Shown here piece after piece: positions 63,901 to 64,000 of a DNA stretch of 64,000 bases. The translations under genes were made by a program, and so were the position numbers. Source of the DNA: Yuukianura sp. NJ FZ-2021 (lineage: Eukaryota); the NCBI GenBank assembly GCA_046563655.1, contig CM102290.1:13702001-13766000 (forward strand), given 5' to 3'. The notes below the pieces were generated by a model, which ran no database searches, was not told the origin of the DNA, and saw nothing but the letters and a program-made list of their open reading frames with translations. Within the stretch, counting starts at the first letter, position 1, and every line of letters starts with the position of its first letter.

Positions 63901-64000
63901 CAAGGTTGCTAAAATAATGAAATAGTTTTTCTTTAGCAGGTTAGGCAATAAGTCCTATTTTCGAAAAACCTTGAGTCAAACAACTTTTTTTCACCCTTTT
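63901..64000. mobile_element. CAAGG MITE family D, cut by window end
   Basis: caaggttgc...caggttaggcaataag. Confidence 0.7.

Noticed and set aside
1..64000. Autonomous transposase or reverse-transcriptase gene
   Set aside because: No ORF with DDE, THAP, Rep/Hel or RT motifs was recognisable; all elements seen are non-autonomous.

Overview
Eukaryotic, AT-rich, intron-containing animal DNA, most likely an arthropod judging from the TAR1-type tyramine receptor and the TIA-1/Rox8 sequence (species not identifiable). Four protein-coding genes, all on the minus strand, were reconstructed by hand from splice sites: (1) the 5' part of a TIA-1/TIAR (Rox8-like) RRM gene (three coding exons, 17.8-kb intron, remainder beyond the window start); (2) a ~1342-aa secreted, Pro/Gln/His/Ser-rich low-complexity protein nested on the same strand inside that intron; (3) a complete 14-exon, ~804-aa FGF receptor; (4) a 2-exon, ~512-aa tyramine/octopamine-type GPCR. 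Non-coding DNA is dense with small non-autonomous DNA transposons: about 23 CAAGG...CCTTG MITEs with 8-9-bp TSDs (P-element-like), Tc1/mariner-type MITEs, DINE-1/HINE-like repeats, foldback palindromes and a 59-bp minisatellite. The most notable observation is a triply nested CAAGG MITE inside the coding sequence of the nested gene. Its own termini supply a GT donor and an AG acceptor that would splice it out in frame, leaving a 21-nt (7-codon) scar, i.e. a candidate Introner-like intron-generating family. Splicing is inferred from sequence only, without transcript data. The FGFR also carries natural substitutions at three positions that are activating or drug-resistance sites in human FGFRs.
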